DNA of 64,000 nucleotides from Bilabrum cf. latius (Eukaryota): NCBI GenBank assembly GCA_965178125.1, contig OZ237743.1, positions 434,001 to 498,000 of the forward strand, read 5' to 3'. Shown piece by piece: positions 61,124 to 64,000 of this stretch (position 1 is its first letter; each line of letters starts with the position of its first letter). The notes under the pieces were generated by a model. It saw only the letters and a program-made list of their open reading frames with translations, ran no database searches and was not told where the DNA came from. The position numbers and the translations under genes were made by a program.

Positions 61124-64000
61124 TCACGAGCTCTGCGCTGCACCAGAGGTACCTGATTCGGCGGATTCTTCCTGCAGCGCCTGCAGTCGAAATGATGCGG
61201 CGGTTGGACCCAGTTGCGCACCACTCACACCTTCTTGGGCACGAGCAGCCCCACGGGCAGGCGATGCAAGACCAGGCACCCCTGCTGAAAGCTGACCCCC
61301 TGCGTTGGCAGCAACGGCTGCTTGCCTGGCACCACGCTGCACGACAACCGCGCCGCTGGAAGACGATGTAGTCGTGGTTGTGGTCGTGGTTGTCGAGCGG
61401 CCGTGCGACCCCGCCCTGCCCCGAAACCGCTGGGCCCTCGCAACCGACGAATCGACAAACTCCTCGAGGGCAACATGCGCGCCGGATGCTGCGACGTCCT
61501 GCGATGCCCCCTCTGGCTGCGGACCTGCGGATAGGCCGCTCCAATGCGCGCTCCTGCCCCTGTCCTGGCCGAGGATTCGTCGCTCAGAGACCTGCTTGTG
61601 CTCCTCTTCCACACCGCCTGCCTCGCCATCGTTGTCTTCCCTATCATAATGCCCCGGAACGTCACCGAGGTCACGGGCGGCTGCTCCAGCCTCTGGATGA
61701 TCTGGAAGATCTGGAAGATCTTGGGGCGGCAGCCCGGTGACCAGCGACTCCGGGTCGTGCACCACGCGAGCGTTCTCGTCGTCACTGTAGGACTCCTCGT
61801 CGCCTTGCACGACCAAAACAGCAGAGTTGCGACGGCCCTGCGGCCGAGCACCTCCCGTAGTGCCGGTCCTGATGCTGTCGCTGGCGCTCATCCCACGCAG
61901 GTCTGAGTCACCGCCGCTCTGCAGCTGCCGACCCGGGGAATCTCCTACCTGCCCATGCTCCTTGCCTGCAGACGATCCGAGGCCGCGGCCCGCCCCTGTG
62001 CCCGCCGTGCCCATTGAGGCCTCGGAGCCGACGGTGCGCACCATCTCAGAGTAGGCAGACCCGGCGCCGTGGCTCTGTGACTCGGCCGACACCGCCCCGG
62101 GCTGCTTGGCCATCCGCTGCCTTGACGTCTTTGCCTGCCGTTGGCGACCTTCCTGCGCCACGGCGTCCGCACCCGGCGAGAAAATGCCAGGCTCTCGCCC
62201 GTGCCCCTCGCTCTCCGAGGAGTCCCTCTCCTGCATGTGCAGCTCCACGCCCACGCCAGACGCCAAGGCCTGGGTGCCCTCGGCAGATGTGAGCATGGCG
62301 GCAGTGCCGTCACCGCCACCATAACCCAGGCCACCGCTCTGGTCTGCGACCTGGCTGCGGTTCCCATCGAACGAAGCCGACCTGCGGGCGGAGTTGTTGG
62401 AGCCCCTGGCGCTGTCGGGCGCGCGGCCACCCGCCTGAAGGGAGGCCGCGCTCGAGGCTCGTCTGGGCGAACGCCGCGCGTTGATGCCGGTTGGAAGCCC
62501 AGAGAGGGGCGGGATGCCAGTCTTGTGCGACACGAACGGCGGCACGCGCTGCAGCCCCGCGGCACCGGCAGTCCTCCCAGCACCCAGCATTTCCCCCGCT
62601 GACTTGCTCTGCAGCATCCTTCGCCCGGCAGAGGCGCCCTTTTCCCTGGAACCAGGCACACTCGTCACGCCCTTGTCCCGTTCAGTGTGCTGTGGATCCA
62701 GGGCCCCGCCCCTGTCCACCATCACTTCGTCTCGCAGGAACGAAGGGCCTCTCCCTGCCAGTCTGGGCATGTAGAAGCTGACACCCTGCGTGGGCAGCCC
62801 GTCCTCGTCCAGCCCAAGGTCACCGTCACCACCAACCTGCAGTCTCCTCTCGCCTACACCACTCCCATCTTCATCATCTTCCCGATCCTCCTCATCGTCG
62901 TAGTCCACTCGAAGCCGCCCCGCCTCCATGGCTCCATCCTCGACACCCTCCGCAGACCGATTCTCGAGGATCCTCGGCACCGCCGGGTCTACGTCCTAGA
63001 GGGCTCGGTCTACCCTGTCTCGGTCCACGTCCCCGTGCAAGGACACGGTCATACCTCGAGAGCCGGAGCTCTGGTACGGCCGGGCCTCGACACCGCGCAT
63101 GCCTGTCGGGCTCGCCGCAGACAGCGGGTTGACGGGCGGCTTCCCCAAGCGTCCAGCCCCCCCGCTCTGATTGCCCGAGGTGCTCCCGCTTCCAACCCTC
63201 TTGGGACCCGCCTTGCTGGTGTCGTCACTGGACCGGTTGGTGGCGGACTGAGACTCGCTCGATGTTCCCACGCCGACTGAGCGAGCCGGTGCCGTGCCGG
63301 TGCCAGCCCCGCCTGACCGTGAGGACGAACCAGACACCATGCCAGGCCGTCCAGGACGCATCGAGGCGCGCAAACCAGGTGAACGGGCCTGGTGCTCAAT
63401 ATCCAGGGAGATCTGAGCCACCGGCATCTCTGTCGTTGGGTCCCGGCCCACGCTGGCCAGCGGTTCGCCTGCTGCCTGCACCGTCTCGCCCTCTGGCCCG
63501 AGCTGGGTCTGGTGCACGACCCCGTAGGTAAATCGATTCTTGCCAAGGCGTCCCTGCCTGCCCGCGAGTTCGCTCGATGCGTGCTTGGTTGGTGTGAGAG
63601 GGGTGCCGTCCGCGCCCTGGTATGGCGAGTGTCTCCCGCCTACTCCCGGGCTTGCCCGGCTTCGGCCCTGCCTGAGTCCTTGCCTGTCGCTCTGGTCAAG
63701 GGCTGCACTGGCCGATAACCGCTTTTCTCTGGCTGCAGGGGAGCGCTGCTTGGGATACTCGCCCGAACCTGCCCTGCCAGCCGCACCCACCCCGAAGGAG
63801 CTAGGGTCCATCGTGTTGGGTGCGCGTGCCGAGGGGCTGCCAGACACCTGTAGCGGTGGCAGGCCCGCCCTCCTTCCACCGTACGAACCGACGGAATTCG
63901 GGCCGCCCCCGCCGACCGTTGAGCCGTCAACCACGATCTCCCCCTCGCGCGCGAACACAATCCGGTTGGCCTCCTCGATCGAAACACGCCTGGAGCGTCT
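61124..64000 (-). CDS. Low-complexity G/S/R/A-rich hypothetical protein, 5'-partial
   Basis: Frame is open from the window end to TGA61124 apart from one TAG at 62996. No recognisable domain. Confidence 0.6.

Noticed and set aside
17316-63987. Long antisense or alternate-frame ORFs in the GC-rich region (e.g. 17316-18338, 18947-20173, 35909-37039, 58691-60556)
   Set aside because: They are shadows of real genes in high-GC DNA and carry no motifs.
1-64000. Ciliate-type code (TAA and TAG both Gln)
   Set aside because: No in-frame TAA was found in the genes I translated, and TAA ends several genes at plausible C-termini (1780, 6801, 7777, 32958, 57411, 60841).
1-64000. Naming the host as Cafeteria burkhardae
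   Set aside because: The virophage, Ngaro and GC-rich combination is reminiscent, but no taxonomic marker is present and I know of no TAG reassignment in that species.

Overview
Eukaryotic (protist-like) genomic DNA that only reads sensibly if TAG is translated as Gln while TAA and TGA remain stops (NCBI table 15-type code). The supplied ORF track, which stops at TAG, therefore fragments almost every gene. Positions 1-~13,887 are the AT-rich right part of an integrated, apparently intact virophage that uses the same code. It carries a Sputnik/lake-virophage-type penton and major capsid protein, a P-loop kinase-like protein, a permuted papain-fold protein, putative core proteins, a Zn-ribbon protein, and an oppositely oriented Mavirus/Polinton-type module (rve integrase with chromodomain, SF3 helicase, protein-primed PolB), ending in a repeat-rich terminus. 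Positions ~13,888-52,234 are GC-rich host DNA built from nested tandem duplications: 4 copies of a large secreted subtilisin (S8) gene, 5 copies of an RNI-like LRR gene ending in a CaaX box, and 3 truncated copies of the 3' end of a BCS1-like gene. This block also holds a deleted Ngaro-type tyrosine-recombinase retrotransposon and a solo copy of its repeats. The right end has single-copy host genes: BCS1-like AAA ATPase with SAM domains, RagC/D GTPase, leishmanolysin/GP63 and a partial low-complexity protein. All calls come from manual translation and motif recognition; no database searches were run.
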